Assembly: GCA_013239625.1 (NCBI GenBank) | Contig: MU053418.1 | Coordinates: 310,001-374,000, forward strand | DNA from: Lama guanicoe | Taxonomy: Eukaryota | Direction: 5' to 3' | Length of the DNA stretch: 64,000 nt | Shown here: positions 62,751 to 64,000 of the stretch, one piece after another | How positions within the stretch are numbered: the stretch's first letter is position 1 | Layout of the letters: each line of letters starts with the position of its first letter | The notes under the pieces: model-generated | Told to the model about the DNA's origin: nothing | The model's database searches: none | What the model saw: the letters and a program-made list of their open reading frames with translations, nothing else | Position numbers and translations under genes: made by a program

Positions 62751-64000
62751 ATTATCTATCCTTAACTTACTTGCCATCTCTTGACAGTTGAGATGCAGCC
62801 AAAGGGAGGTAGAAGGAATGGAAGAGAGGAGAAGGATGCTCTTGGGTATATGGAAGCCACACACATAAATATGACATTCAGGATGTTTAGGGGCATAGTG
62901 ATCACTAGAGGTGAAATGAAGGAGCTCCCGGGAGTTCCTCAGACTCACATGTCATCTGAAAGACATGAGCCAACATTCACTGGCAAAGAGCCCAGGACAG
63001 GGCACCGTCCTCAGCTCCCCCCTACCATCTGCTGAACATTGACAAGCACTTAGCCAATGAGACGCACATTTGCCCCCTATAACCGGGCTCGTGCAGACCT
63101 GCCGAGGTGTGGAATCGCAGGGACATTTGCACCCTGGCCAGTTCAGCACATCAAGTCCTTCCCACTAGACAGAGGGGTCATGAAGCCTCAACGCCTTCCA
63201 GCCTCCTCATTCTCCACTCAGCTACTACAGTGGGAGCTGATGAGAGTGAGAAACTCAAAGGAGGGATAAGAAGGTCCTGCAGCTTCCTGTGCGTAATGAC
63301 TCCAGGACAGCAGCATCCCAAACCAAGCTCTGCCTTTTCCTGTAAGTGTTCCCCAGAAAGGCTTTCTGTGTCCAGAGTGGCTCAGCTTTGCAGTTTGATA
63401 AGAAAGAAAGGAAATAAAATAGTCTGAGTAGCACATCCTCTCCCAGCCAACACCAGGGTGCCTGTTGGTGTGTCAGTAACCAACGCGTCCTCCCTTACTC
63501 CTTGTGAATCAACCATCCTGGTTTGCCACCAAAGTCCCTCATCCCCAAGCATACAAGTCTGGTTGGTCACCCTCCCCACCCCCACACTGATGAAAGCCGT
63601 CCCCAGAGTGACCCGCTGACGTTGCTGAGGGAGGGCGGCAGCCTTCAGCTCCGTGGGGTGGGAAGGAGTTGCTAGAGGGTCTGCTGGAAACTGGGGAGGG
63701 AGAAACTGCCCACCCGGTGGAGGTGCTTTATCTCTCGTAATCAGGTCTTATTTGTTTTCAGGTTGAGCGGCGTAGGCGACAAATGGAAGGACATTTACAA
63801 AGTAGTGGATAACATGATGAAGTGGCACACAAACTACGGCTGGTGCTTTGTTCTGCTGGGCAGAGTGCACTCTTGAGACTCGGGAGGCATGGGAGCCCCT
63901 CAGGTCAGGAGCGCAGAGCCCAGGGTGGTGACCTGAAGCACACTGGTTCCATCGCTCCCAGCAGCTTTCTTGACTCCTGCCTGGGAGTCAGGCCACATTG

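Overview
Mammalian genomic DNA, most likely camelid (three copies of a tRNA-derived SINE matching the camelid Vic-1 type). The window is dominated by one complete, intact gene, BMS1 (ribosome biogenesis GTPase), on the + strand. It has a CpG-island promoter at about 13.6-14.2 kb, a non-coding exon 1 and 22 GT-AG coding exons from ATG 15521 to TGA 47630. Their hand-summed lengths give 3864 nt, or 1287 aa, with all phases consistent. Upstream lies the decayed terminal exon of a KRAB-type C2H2 zinc-finger gene of the ZNF33/ZNF37/ZNF248 cluster type (pseudogene). Between the two is a dense, nested transposon field (ERV solo LTR, Tigger/MER2, MER58, MIR, L2, MLT1/MLT2, SINEs). This field includes a Mutator-like (MULE) transposase fossil and a ~980-bp non-TE block inserted with retrotransposition hallmarks. 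Downstream are mostly L1 fragments, a second CpG island with no recognisable gene (56.6-57.4 kb) and a possible spliced exon near the right end. I found no convincing new multi-gene biological system. The best leads are the orphan retro-insertion, the MULE fossil and the orphan CpG island. Repeat family names come from recalled consensus motifs and their boundaries are approximate; none were checked against a database.
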